From the human T2T-CHM13v2.0 reference genome, Homo sapiens: a stretch of 64,000 nucleotides of DNA. Shown here in pieces: positions 1 to 13,689 of this stretch (position 1 is the stretch's first letter; every line of letters begins with the position of its first letter). A program made the translations under genes and the position numbers. The DNA lies in NCBI GenBank assembly GCA_009914755.4, contig CP068257.2, positions 29,280,001 to 29,344,000 of the forward strand, written 5' to 3'. The notes under the pieces were generated by a model. That model did not search any database and was not told the DNA's origin. It saw nothing but the letters and a program-made list of their open reading frames with translations.

Positions 1-1379
1 ATCAATAACTTTCCTCAAAAATTTCATCTTTCTCATTTCCAGAAGCTGGGAAGTCACAAAATCCACTCTAACAAGAAGTAAAAAGCTGAACAAGCTGAAA
101 AAGCAACAATGCTTCTTAGGTTCATCGGGGAAATGAGGTGACAGGGCGAATCATAACCCCCCAAATTGGAAAGACAGACAGGTGGAAACCAAGAGTCACA
201 ACTTACTGGAGCAGAAACCTATAAGCAGAAACTCTGGGCAGATAGAAAAACCCAAACTCTCATTGATGAATTTCTGGAGGCTCAGTGTGGACAAGTCTGA
301 GAGTTAAAAACTTCATGGGAGGCTCAGGCATAAGGGGTCCCCTCTGTTTTTGTGAATTTTACCTCCAGAAGCTCTGCTAGGTTCTCACAGTGAAGACTGG
401 AGAAAAATCCCCTCATGCTCCTGGCAGGGAGCAGTAAAAAGCTACCACTTTGAAATACACAGAGTCTTCTATTCTTCATAACAAAACTCTCCATCAAGAG
501 AAACTATTATACTCTTTAAAGCCATCAGAGAACAGCAGACTAAAGAATGCTAAATAAACTAAATTCCTAAAGAAATGAGTCCTTCCTGAATTAGCCAAGA
601 CTGGTGGCCTCTACCAACCCTAAAGTGAGAGCACAGCAGTCAGAATGACTCTGCACTAAGCAGAAGAAGTGTTCTACAATAGAAAAAAAGAAAATCACCT
701 TAACAGCCACAGGGAGGCTGGCATGGCTGACTTCAATCTAGAGGACTCCCAAACAAATATTGGTCTTCCTCGCTTCACAATTCTTTCCCACATAACTTTA
801 GCGGAATAAATGACAGCACTAGGACCCTAGGATCAGGAAGGGAAAGGGGAGAAAGAGGGAAGGGAAGAGATATCTTTAGTTCTGGGTAATTCAATTTCAA
901 AATTCTGCTTAAAGATATTAACACCAGAAGTTAATTGAGACTGCCTAGAGTCAACCAACCCATTACTGAACCCAGCTTCTGGTTTGATTGGATACTTTAA
1001 TTCCTCACTCTAGCTGCCTTTAAAAAAAAATGGAAAGGCAAGCCTTTTCTGAGTTCATGAATATCTAATTTTGTTTCTACTGCTGTTTCATATACAAGGT
1101 CTAGTATATAATAAAATATTATAATACAGGTAAAGAAGTAAGAAAATATGACCCATAATTAAGACAAAAATAGTCACTAGAAGGAGACCCAAAGATGACC
1201 CAAATGTTGAACTAACTTTAAAAACACCATATTAATTTTATTAACTTACATTATATTTAACTCTATTACTTAGAGGAACAATGAGGCCTTTCAGCATAAA
1301 AAAGAACTAAAGTATTATTATTAGGTGGACTTAACGGAAGACTAGACAGAGCAAGAGAACGGGACAGTGTACTGAAAAA

Positions 1380-1990
1380 TAAGACAATAGAATTAGTTTT
1401 CCAAATTGAAGCATGAGAGAAAAAAGGAATAGAAACAAATCAAAGCACACAAACAGAAAATCACAGACATGAAGGGAAAACATGAAATTGTCTAATTTAT
1501 ATGCAATTGGAGTTACAGAGCAGAGAAGAAAGAAAATGGAGGAAGAAACTTTAAAGAGATCATGGCTGAGAATTTTCTAAAATTTAAAGTCATCAACTCA
1601 CAAATCCAAGAATGCAGCAAACATTAAAGATAATTTTTAAAATAAAATTTAAAAGTAGACACATTATAGTTCAAACAGCTGTATAGCCAGACTTAAGAGT
1701 CCGTCTTCAAAGCATTCAGATAAAAAGACTCATTCTGTTCACAGAAACTACATTGACAATAATTACTAACTTCTCATCAGAAGAAAAAGAAAAATGGGAG
1801 ATAATGGAATAATTTCTTACTATAGCCAGCAACAAATTATTCAAAAAATGAAAGTGAAATAAAGATGTTTTCAGACCAATAAAAGCTCAGGAAGTTCATT
1901 GCTACAAGAAATAGTAAAGGAACTTCCTCACAGTAAAAGAAGGAATGGAGACAATGGAGAAAGGCCAACCACACTGCAAAGTTTATCATG
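1380..1990 (+). mobile_element. Ancient LINE-1 (L1M-like) ORF1-derived fragment
   Basis: Sequence ...atcatggctgagaattttctaaaatttaaag..caactcacaaatccaagaatgcagcaaacattaaagataa matches the conserved L1 ORF1 C-terminal region (aaaacttcccaaatttaatgaaagacat..aatccaagaagctcaacaaactc). Heavily diverged with many stops. Confidence 0.4.
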
Positions 1991-2093
1991 CCTCGCTGTT
2001 GGTTCGGACCCTCATTCCTCATCACGACGCGGTCTCAGTGTGGAGCAGAAAGCAGCGAAAGGTACATACTCTGAAGGAGAAACAACTGCAGGT

Positions 2094-2467
2094 TGTCTCA
2101 GTCTGTTCTCATACTGCTATAAAGAAATACCTGAGACTGGGTAATTTATAAAGGAAAGAGGTTTAATTGACTCACAGTTCCCCATGGATGGGGAGGTTTC
2201 AGCAAACTTACAGTCATGGCAGAAGAAGGGGAAACAAGGACCTTCTTCAGAAGGTGGCAGGAAAGAGCAGACAGCAGGGGAAACTGCCACTGATAAAATC
2301 ATCAGATTTCGTGAGAACTCACTCACAATCACGAGAACATCCTGGCGGAAACTGGCCCCCCATGATCCAATCATCTCTCACCAGGTCTCTCCATTGACAT
2401 ATGGGGATTAGGGGAATTACAATTTGAGATGAGATTTGGGTGGGGACACAGAGCCAAACCATATCAC
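2094..2467 (-). mobile_element. MaLR solo LTR, THE1/MST-type (ERVL-MaLR)
   Basis: Reverse complement of the THE1 consensus. It runs from gtctcagtctgttctcatactgctataaagaaatacctgagactgggtaatttataaagg (rc of the LTR 3' end) to gagatttgggtggggacacagagccaaaccatatca (rc of the 5' start TGATATGGTTTGGCTGTGTCCCCACCCAAATCTC). Confidence 0.65.
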
Positions 2468-3039
2468 AGGTTAAAATGGTCAATAAAAGCAAAGGTGAAT
2501 ACTTGGTATTTGTTTGCCTTTAAAGAATGGCAGCAACAGAGAAACTCTCAGAGCTGGAGACTGGGTGATATACACATGAGGTATTACAGAGCTGAAAGCC
2601 CATATGATGGCTCAGTTTTCCTCATTGTGGCAAGCTCAACCCAATGATTGGGCTAATTGGAAAAAAGAGGGTCACCCCTCCCCCAAAAGAATAGTATTGC
2701 CTAATGTTAGGGAAACTGGTACCCAGCTGAATGGTTTCAATAGTACAGAAGGGAAATGTCAAAAGACAAAAATGTTGTAATCTTGAAGGCAAAACTCTTA
2801 TTTTCAGAAAAGATAATTATTTGTCTGGAAAAGGTAGAGATTACATCGAGAAATTATTACAAATGTGATACTTTAGTACGATGATTGTTCATAAGTAAAA
2901 ATACCAAAATCAAGTGTTTTCTCATAAGCCAAAAATACGCAATGAGAAAACATTTATAAAAAGCATATTAATAAATTTAATGTGAAGTGTAATAATTTTA
3001 CATAACTTATAGCACTAAAGGCCATTCACTTTACACCTG

Positions 3040-4020
<981 letters not shown>

Positions 4021-5454
4021 TCACTTATAGTATATAGCTTAACATTCAATCCTTGGAGTGCCTGGTAATAGAAGACTCTTAATAAAAAGATTGCTGAATA
4101 ACTGAATAAAAACAGAGCCATATTTAGGGGCTGTATTCCATCCCTACAAAAGCTAGAAAATGAGTGTTTAATAAGGAAACTGTGAGTTTATATTTGAGTT
4201 TGGAACAACTGAGTTTAAGATACATATTGTACCCTTTTTATTTCCCCTGCAGCAACTAATACAATTTTAGGATCTACATACTAAAGCTTCAGTAAATAAA
4301 GTATTGATTGATTCAACATAAATACTATGGTTTATTTCTAAATGGCAAGGAAAAATCACATGTAAGAGGTTTCCATTTGAAAGAATTCCACTATTCATCA
4401 AAATTTTCATCTATTCTCAAGATTGTTTATTTTAAACTAGGTTTGGAGTAGCAAAGCATATGAATTTTATATTAGAAAACATGAGAAGGATATAAAAGTT
4501 TGTTTTCTGCATTCTTTCAAAATTCTTATTTTGAAGGCCTTCTGGGCAAATAAACTATTGGAACTTGTCATCATTTAAACTATGTCCTATAAAGATGAAA
4601 TCAGTAAGATTTAGAGCACTGCTTGCACCGCACAGCGCATGTTTTAGTAAATACTCAAAATGGATTTCTCTCCCAAAGAAAAAGCTTAAATTAAGTAAAT
4701 TACTAGATGACAATTTAGCAGTATGTGTCTCAGAAGTCTGAGGGTGGAGCAGATACGTTGGGTTCCCCAGCTTGCCTTCGGGGTGGTTTTATTTTAGGCT
4801 TACAATCCAGAAGTCTAGAAATGAGTGATTCAATCTAGTAATTCTGGTTTTGAGTCTAAAATGTTGCTCTAAGAAGAGTCTTTCACTTTCTACATTTGGG
4901 ATACCATTATTCTGCTTCACTGGAAGTAAAGAGAATGGACTGGCCAGGAATGGCCAAAGATATCTGGAAGGATAACTTGATCTAATAGCTCCCTTATACA
5001 GGTGCATAAGTAGAAACTTAACATTCTTATAAAATCTTGAGAGGGACAATCATATCGCTTAGTCACATAACAATCTATTACATAGCTGAGATCTGCAAAG
5101 GAAAGAGAAATTTTATATCGGAGAGGGGCCAGGGATGAAAGAGGGGAGGACCACTTTGAAGCATAGAACACTCTCAGAGAAGGCTAGTGTAGTAAGAAGG
5201 TGGTGATCCAGTGAAAAGATGTCAACAGGACTCTGTAGGTCCAGGATTCAGGATCAGGACAGAAAAGTTGCTGGGAAGCAGGAGATGGTAGAAGAAAAAT
5301 AGCTGAAAAGGTTGTAGTGGGGACATGGTGACAGTCCAAAGTCCATTCCAAACCTCCTTGTTTTGTTGCCTCAAAGTTGTGAGAGGAATTAAAATCAACT
5401 TCAGAGGTAGAATTTAAGTATTTTAAATCAATCATTCTCAAAATGCCATGGTCC

Positions 5455-5620
5455 TGAACTAGCAGTATTAGCATTAGCTGAAAGTGGTTAGAAATGCAAA
5501 TCATGAACTGGCCCCACCCCAGACTTACTGAGACTCTGAAAGTGAAGTCCAGTGGACCATGTTTCAAAAAGCCCTGCAGATGGGTCTGATGCTCCCTCAA
5601 ACCTGGGAAACAATGGTTTA
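5455..5620 (+). mobile_element. MER20-like hAT-Charlie non-autonomous DNA transposon fragment
   Basis: gttagaaatgcaaatcatgaactggccccaccccagacttactgagactctg ... caaaaagccctgcagatgggtctgatgc matches the MER20 core (gttagaaatgcaaattctcaggccccaccccagacctactgaatcagaaactctggggg ... aacaagccctccaggtgattctgatgc). Confidence 0.5.
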
Positions 5621-5849
5621 AACCCATTGTGGTAATTCAATCCCTTGAGACAGTGAAATGGCCTAGGTCAAAGGGTACACATATTCTCCCAGAATCGATT
5701 TTCAGATCGCGGCTAGATGCATGGCCTAAGCTGACCTCATCTAACCAAAGAGAAGATTTCTCTCTGTATTCTGCCTCCCTACCCCCCAAGAAATAAATAA
5801 TTTGGCACTTAGTTACCATTGCCTCATCAAGAGAGGGAATAAAGCTTAG

Positions 5850-6240
5850 AAAGATGCTGTCTCAGTTCGTTTGGGGCTGCTATAACAGAATACCTAAGAT
5901 CAAGTAATTTATAAGAAACAGAGATTCATTTTTTACAGTTAGGGAAGCAGGGAAGTCTAAGGTCAAGGGTTGCATCTGGTGATAGCCTTTGTGCTATGTC
6001 ATCTCATGGCACAAGGTGAAACAGCAAGAAAGCATACATGTCTGAGAAAGAGGAAGGGGGCCAAGCCCATCCTTTTATCAGGAACCCATTCCATTGATAA
6101 TTATCTATCCCCACCATAACAGCACTAAACAACTCATGAAGGCAGAGCCTCTTAAAGGTCCCACATCTCAACACTCTTGCAATGGGATTAAGTTTCCAGC
6201 ACATAGCTTTGGGGGACACATTCAAACTACAGCAGATGCC
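5850..6240 (-). mobile_element. MLT1-type MaLR LTR (reverse orientation)
   Basis: gtctcagttcgtttggggctgctataacagaatacctaagatcaagtaatttataag at the left and ttgggggacacattcaaactacagca at the right match the reverse complement of the MLT1 termini (..ccccaaaattcatatgttgaa / ..gcagcccgagcagactaataca). Confidence 0.45.
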
Positions 6241-8609
6241 AATTCTTCAAATGCCTGCCTGTAGAGGACAGGCAAAGAGACAATGTTCAGTGACATTGAA
6301 TCACAGGGTCAACCAACCTAAGTCTGCCCTACCCAATGACACTTCATAGCTGAGCAAATAAACTTCCTCATTGTTTAAGCCCTTGTAAGTCAGATTTTCT
6401 GAAATGTTTCCTCACTGATGGAGGTCACAATCTTCACTACTTGACAAGTGTCACTAGTCTGGTATCACCAACCTAAAGTCAAATGCTGGCGTGAAAAATC
6501 AATAAAGGCATGCAAGTGAAAAGTCAGTAACATTGTAGGCACAATAGAACTTTAAGTAAAATGACAGGTGTGAAATATAAAGAGATAGTCCCAACTATCC
6601 AACAACCAATGGAGTAGATATAATTCATAGTAAAGCTCCCTCCCACATTTCTAACAACAGAATTTGAAAGAGATTTTGTAAAACATATAAACTGGTATTT
6701 CCTTTATAAAATAGACAGTGCAGGATAAGACCATGGAAGGAAAACTAAGGGCAACTTTTGGATCACCTTTCCCCTCTACTTACTTCTATAAAATGAAGTA
6801 AAATAGACCGAATGGCCTCAGAGAGGATGACCAACTAACTCTCCAAACTCACTCAGGACTGGAGTTTCTCTAGACATGTGCCTTTCAATGCTTAAAGCAG
6901 TTACAAACACACCAGGATGGTTGGTTACTTTCCTCTGTGGACAAGTCTTGGACCAGAATTTAAGTCAATTAGATTTGAAAATTAACATTCTTTAATGTTT
7001 AGGGAGAGTCAGGTGACTATTTTCCCTGAAGAATCATATTGTGTTGACACCCAGTTACATCCTCCTTCACATTGAGTGTTAACATCATTCTCACGGCTGT
7101 ATCTAAATTAGCTTTCTTAGGGCACTGGCCAGGTGTAGCCTCTCAGAATGCTCTCAGCTGGAAAATGGAGGGCACTTCCAATTCCTTCGACCCATCTTTC
7201 TGTAATCATTTCAAATTTCCATTTTCCCTAGGGTATTATGTTAAATTTCATTCTCATGAGAGCTCTTGGAAAAAGCTCTGACTAAAAACTTTCCCACCAA
7301 TAGCTTGCCCCCAAAGACTATGCAGTTGGAAACTGAAACTCACTTTTGAAAGACAAAACAAAAGCATCCTTGCAAATGGATGGCAGACTGGACGCATGCC
7401 CTGTTTCTGTCCCCAGGTATTCTCCTCTTCCAGCAACACGTATGATATCCAGAGATCACAAAATAAAATGTGAATGTTTTCACTAGATCAAATAAATGAG
7501 GCACAAAATAGCATAAGAACTTATTCATTACACAAATTGTATTAGTAAATTAGAGGCAGAATTGGAAAAAACATGTGTTTACCCACATTCCAGAAATATC
7601 TTGACTCTCTCTATGCCTAAACCAACTGGGCAAAATTAGTAGAAACATTATATAAAAACAAAATACAAAACAGTAAATTTATTGTCTCTCGAAATTAAAA
7701 TAAACACAGAAAGAAACATTACGGTTTCAATTTTATCAGCATTAACAACACAATTTAGCTTGAAAACACTAATAGGAAGAAAAGAGGATTGTGATATTAT
7801 TACTACATAAAGAGCCAAATATTTACTTTCATGGTTCTTAGTCTTTTAACCTTCTTACCTGTTACTAAATACATGATGCTCTGAAATTTGTTTTGGCATT
7901 ACTAAAGAATATCCATTGTGTAGAATTGCAAACACTGCTGGTAGTCTTGACATTTAAGGAGCAGGTGGTCTGACGAAATGCTCCAGCATTCTATAACCTA
8001 ACAATTTGGATTCCATACCTGAACAAACAGGGAAAGAGTAGGTTAAATTTCCTGACCCCTGAAGTTTTCCAAAGGGCAAATTTAATAACTGCATTCCCAG
8101 TTGGTGATTGGGAGGTGGGAGAGAAGAGGGTTGAGGAAGCTCTTGGAGGATTAAAAAGCTACTGTGACAGCTGCCCACAACACACTATGCTGGTGAGAAG
8201 CAGGATGAAGAGCAATCACCCCAGAGAATTAAGTGGCTGCAGTGGTGCTGCCAGAACTTGGCTGAGAAATAACGCTTCCACAATCTTAGAAATAAGTGCT
8301 GAAATTTGCCAACTGATCTTCCTCTTTTAGGAGAATCAAGGTTATAAAAACAGAGCAATGCATTTGATTAATACAATTAATACATGCTTTTTGCTAGACA
8401 GAACAATAATGTTTAAACACACCAAACTAAGCTTCTTTACTGAAGCACAAAATGATATGATCTAACTGATAAACTCAAGGTTCAAACCCTAAGGACATCA
8501 CTGCACTTGACAAGACTGTGTATTATTATAGAACTAATGACCATTCTCTCCAGGACCAATGCATCTGTGTCATTGTCCCTTGCAATTTAATAGTTAATAT
8601 GTGTTAGTG

Positions 8610-8830
8610 TACTATGTTGCAGGCAGTGTTTTGACTAATTTAAGCCTCATAACAATGAAAGGAGGTCGGGGTACTATAATTGTTACCATTTAACAGATAA
8701 AGAATCAAAGTTACACAGATATTAGATACATCACCCAAAGTTACCTCTCTAGTGACTAACAGAGCTGAACTTAAACCCAAGAAGTCTGGCCTGGATGTCC
8801 ACACCCCTAAACCACTATAATATATTGTTT
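8610..8830 (-). mobile_element. MIR SINE (reverse orientation)
   Basis: gcaggcagtgttttgactaatttaagcctcataacaatgaaaggaggtcggggtactataattgttaccatttaacagataaagaatcaaagttacacag...gtgactaacagagctgaac..cccaagaagtctggcct is the reverse complement of the MIR core (..cctcacaacaaccctatgaggtaggtactattattatccccattttacagatgaggaaactgaggcacagag..gtcacacagctagtaagtggcagagccgggattcgaacccag). Confidence 0.55.
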
Positions 8831-9699
8831 TCCTGGTAAGAAATAACTCGGTCTTACTCAAAGCTTGTGACAAACATATTAAGCTTTTAGAAAATGTTGT
8901 AAATGTTTCTTTATACTTCTCATCTCATCTGATTGCCTTTCAATCAGTCAATGCCCAGGCCACTTAGGATGGGCACCAGGAAGCCCTTCTCCCCTCGTCA
9001 AATTTTTCTCTTCCTTTTCTACTCCATGGCTCCCCTTGCACCATCCCCCGCTGCCCTTGGTGGCTGAAGCTCAAGCAGCTGCTTGCACCTCATTCCAAGT
9101 CCAGGGGTTCTTACTCGAGTCCCCATGCTGGGAGTGTGGAAGTGAGCCTCCCTTTCTTCAGAGTAAAGCATCTACAAGACAAACTTCTATTTTGACTCTG
9201 TTAATTGCCTCTCATCACTGAAGTGTTATTTTGAAGTGTTATCATGTTGAAGACTCTTCCCGCCAGATACCAGTGAAGAGGAAAAAAAAAAAACAAAATG
9301 AGGACGAAGAAATAAAGAATTCTAACCCATAAAACACACAAAACTGTACATACAATTTCAGCAGGCTTGTAGACTCCTTGAAACCCCTGCCATAGGGCAA
9401 TACTGAGCAAAAGACAACTTTTTAACTGAAAAAAAACTTTTGTTTATTCTTGAAAGGATGTCGCCCATTTGGTAACAGTTGGGGGAAAAAGCAATTTTGT
9501 TCAACTGTATCTCAAAAGTGCCTCCCAAGAGAAGATATGTGGACATGGGACCTGTCAGGGAAACACTGAGTATGTCCTCCTGCATAGACCTTAGCAGGTG
9601 AAGATGACAAACAGATTCCTTAAGAATCCACCCTGCTGTCTGCATGGCCTGAATCACACTAGTATAGGAGAAAGAACACTGACCCATGTTACCAGACTT

Positions 9700-9850
9700 A
9701 ATTGTTAGTCTCTGCTTTTCTAGTATGTTGCTCTGGTATCTTGAATAGTTAATTCCCTTCTGTTCCTCTCAGTTTTTTCATCTGTAAAATGAAGTCTTCA
9801 GCTTAATAATCCTTAAAGTCCCTGTGATCATTTACTGTTGGATCTGATGT
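9700..9850 (+). mobile_element. MIR fragment
   Basis: cctctcagttttttcatctgtaaaatgaagtc resembles the MIR core cctcagtttcctcatctgtaaaatgggg. Confidence 0.3.
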
Positions 9851-10145
9851 TGAGAGAATCGATGAGAGGAGCTTGAAAGACTCCTTGGAGTTGGTCCTTG
9901 GACCAGATAATCCTTAGACTAAACCTCTACCTGCAGGAGAAACAAACCCCTGCCAACAAGAAACTCAACAAAAACAATCACCAGTTTTTGTATGTACTCC
10001 CTTGAATGTACCAGGCAAGATGCCAGGTGTGCACTTTAAACAAAGGACATAGAAAAGGTGGGGGACTATCCCCATCTGTCCCCAAACCCTCTCTTGACTG
10101 CAGTTAACAAGCAGACTAAGTTTTGCTTGGCTTCAATACACACTG

Positions 10146-10753
10146 GAACCAGGAATTAATCAGATACCAGGCCCTGACACAACACTGAGGGTGCTCTGCT
10201 TCCAGGGACTGCATGTTCCTGCCACCTTCCTAGACTCAACCAGATGCATTGAACGTTGCCTTTTTTGTCTGCAAAAACAAACAAGTGGTGTGTCCTTAGA
10301 GGGAAATGTACTAGTCCACATCTCACAGCACCAAGGTCAGGACTAGGATGAGACAAACAGGTGACTAGGGCACAAAATTTAAGGAGGCAAGATCATGCAA
10401 ATGTTGACGCTGCCCTTGTAGAACCCTGAAAGTCAGTGCCTCCTTAAATTCTATGCCCTGAGCTCCTAACTCCAGATCATGCCAGTGCAGATTCCAAACT
10501 TGCATGACCTTGCCTCCTTAAATTTTGTGCCCTGGGCACCTTGCTTGTCCCATCCTGAACCAGACCCTAGTGCTGTGTGATGTGAACGAGTACATCTCCC
10601 TCTAAGAACACCACTGTTTGTTTATTTTTGCAGACAAGGATGGCAACATTCAATGTACCTAGTTGAGTAAGGAGGATGGCAAGAATGCTCAGTCCCTGGA
10701 AGCTGAACACCTCATTATAGTACCAGAGCCTGGCATCTGCATAATTCCTGGTT
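10146..10753. repeat. Large imperfect palindrome (inverted repeat), about 290-bp arms around centre ~10450
   Basis: Left arm gaaccaggaattaatcagataccaggccc...cattgaacgttgcc (10247-10260)...gggcacaaaatttaaggaggcaagatcatgcaa pairs with the reverse complement of the right arm ...ggcaacattcaatg (10642-10655)...gcatctgcataattcctggttc. I estimate about 75-80% arm identity by eye. The central spacer carries an extra copy of the cctccttaaatt(c/t)t(a/g)tgccctg(a/g)gc motif. Confidence 0.8.
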
Positions 10754-11054
10754 CTTATTTGTACTGAAGACCAAATGAAACTCACCAAGGCCCAGTCCTG
10801 CATTGTGCACTGGGTTGCACATACTCAATAAGAATTTGTAGACTTGCATTTTCTCTTCAACTTTTTATTCCTCTTGATGATCACTTTAACCAACTGCTCA
10901 AGAAAATTTTAAAAACAAGTGGAGCTCAACTCAAATTTATTTTTCCAACCTTAAAATATCAATTATTTAATTTTAATGTGCATAAAAATCACCTGTGGGA
11001 TGTCTCAAAAATCCATATTCCACCTGTTACCGTATGAGGGCTTCCATAATGAAG

Positions 11055-11400
11055 TACCATATACTGGGTGTCTTAAACAACAGAAATTAACTTTCTCACA
11101 GTTCCAGAGGCTATATGTCCAAGATCAAAGTATCTGCAGGTTTGATTTCTTCTGAGGCTTCTCTCCATGGCTTATAAATGGCTGTCTTCTTCCTCTTCCT
11201 TCACGAGATCTTTCTATGCATCCGTGTTCCTGATCTCCTCTTCTTAGGACACCAACCATATTGGATTAGGGCCCACCCTAAAGGTCTCATTTTAACTTAC
11301 TCACCTCTTTAAAAGCCCTATCTCCAAACAGTCACATTGTCAGGTACTGTAAGGCCTTCAACGTATGAATTTTGAGAAGACACAATTCAGCCCACACCAC
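11055..11400 (-). mobile_element. MLT1 MaLR LTR (reverse orientation)
   Basis: ...ttcttaggacaccaaccatattggattagggcccaccctaaaggtctcattttaacttactcacctctttaaaagccctatctccaaacagtcacattgtcaggtactgtaaggccttcaacgtatgaattttgag is the reverse complement of MLT1 (ccccaaaattcatatgttgaagtcctaacccccagtacctcagaatgtgactgtatttggagatagggcctttaaagaggtgattaagttaaaatgaggtcattagggtgggccctaatccaatatgactggtgtccttataagaag). Confidence 0.65.
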
Positions 11401-13689
11401 CTCCTCACTCTAGCCCCTACATTTTGATCCCATAAATCTTAATTGGGGCCAGAGACCTTTTATGGGTTTCTTTCTGTTTTATTTGTTTTGCTTCGGTTTT
11501 CATAAACACCTCCGTGATTCTAACAACATAAAATATACTTTGAAAGGAACACTACGTTAGGCTCCTTTCTCCTGAATTCCCAAGAATTCCCTCAGGGAAC
11601 TCTCCCCACTTCCCTTCCTAACTTATTTTCATGAGCCACTCATAGTTTCTCCACCAGTTTGTAAGCTTGGGGCTATTTGTCCTCTTCTTAATAGTTTTGG
11701 TCTATATCCAATGTATTTAACCACTTTTCTGAAGTACACATGAGTTAATGAAACCAAATTTCATCAAGAAAAAACATAATTTGTCTTTGAGTTTGCATCT
11801 CAGTGGCTGAGAAACAGAATCAGAGTAAAAAAATCTTTAACAAAACATGAGAAACCAAGTTCCCATTCCATCTTCAGGAGCAGCCATTTTTCTGTGAACA
11901 TAGGAAGCACTGTAGATATTTTAAAGAAAAGCTACTAGCAAAGTTGATGTTAGCACAGAAATCTTCATGGAATTAAGCACAGTCCCTGCCTTGGAGGCCT
12001 CCAGACAATGCTGACCCCTTAGGGCTCCCATGGGAACACCTAAGGAATACAACGTACTTGACTCGCAGCTACAGTCAACTAAACCAATGATAGCACACCA
12101 CCAGCAATGAAATACACGCCAGTTCCAGCCAGATGTATCTGTCCTTTCTCAGTTTCAGCATACATTGACCACAAGAATTTCAAAAGAATACTTTTCTAAG
12201 AGATTCCACTGATCCTGTGCTTCCAGTTTGGCTGCAAACTGCTAGAGCAGCATTTTTTTTCCAGCTGGCAATAACCCAAAGCAAAAAGCAAAACACCCAA
12301 CCCACAGGCATATTTACCACTTGAAGTTTTTGAACAGAAGCCTGTGAATTAATCAAGATCTTAAAGGCACTTTTCAATTTGTCTTTTAATAACATGATAG
12401 AATCTAGAAACGTTATATTTCCTTCCCTCTCAAGCATAGCATTCCACCCTACAACATGGTTTACTCAATGAAAGCATTTTATATGAAATTCCAAAAATAT
12501 AGAAATAAGATTTATAATTTCACACTTAGTTTGTTTTGATCAGATTTTTTAAATGTTTACAATGTTTTGATAAGGAAAATCAGAAGCAAAACCAAAAACT
12601 ATTTCTGATTTAAAAACCTGAAATATTAAGATGTGTCATGTGATAAAATTTAATGCATGTATGAAGAGGTTTTCTGAAAGAGGTTTTATTTTCCCAATTC
12701 AATCAATGTTTGTCCAAGATAAGGACAGAAACAGCATTTCAAGGATGTTCTCAAAGATATACTAAAAAAGATGCAAAGACTCCAACTTACAGGCTGCCAC
12801 TGACAGAGTTAGCTCAATTGAAAAAGTAATCTACTTCAAGAATATCAATATTTTATAAATCCAAGACAATAGCAAAAGACACAAATGTACCTTCAGTAGA
12901 AGCAGTGTGACCATGAACCAACTAATAACTCAAGGTTACCCTTTCTGCCAAGGATATGTGTCCAATCCGTAATAATTTGCCAGTCCCCAAATTGTCTCAT
13001 CAGTCATCTCCAATTATAAATGTATCCAGGGAACTAGTCTGAAAAATAGTAATGCCCTTTTTTCCTTTCTCTTCCTCATCCTTCTTCCTTTAAATGCAGT
13101 GTGGGGATGTGATGAGCAGCACAGCGGCGACAGTGGTAACCATCAAGAGAAATGCATGATCAGCAAGATGGCTGACTAGAGGTGCCTAACACTAGTTTCC
13201 CCTCAACATAAAAAGGACCAAAATAACAAATAAACAACTAGATATAGACTAGAGCATCTAAAAGAGAGTGCTGGAATACCAGGGAGTAGAGGGAGCCCTG
13301 TGGAGCATAATGAAAACTCAGGATGTCAGCATAGAGAAGAGAACGAAGCATGCTGCTTCCATCACATCTTCTCCCCAGTTGAGACTGGTTTGGAGCCAAA
13401 ACGTGCATTTTTTTTTTTACAGGAAAAAAGATAAGGAGGGGATCCTGAACAGCCTTCATTACCACCATGGATACCTGCAGTCTTTGCTACTGGAGAGTCT
13501 CACAGTGCTCACAGACCCTGAGCCCTGTCTAGGGAGATGCCTCAAGTTCATATGGCCTCACTGCTTCAGAGAAGAATCCCATGTTATGCCTTTCCCAACA
13601 CCCACAACCCAAGCTTCTAAGGCACAGCACCATCTTGAAACTGTAGCCACTGCTATCTGCTAGAGTAAGCACTGCATCTCTACCATCAT

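Noticed and set aside
1999-2093. Possible MaLR internal sequence adjacent to the THE1-type LTR
   Set aside because: The segment is too short and diverged to assign. It may equally be the edge of the upstream L1M fragment.
5184-5627. 147-aa ORF on the - strand
   Set aside because: It overlaps the MER20-like MITE and flanking unique DNA, and the translation has no protein-like features.
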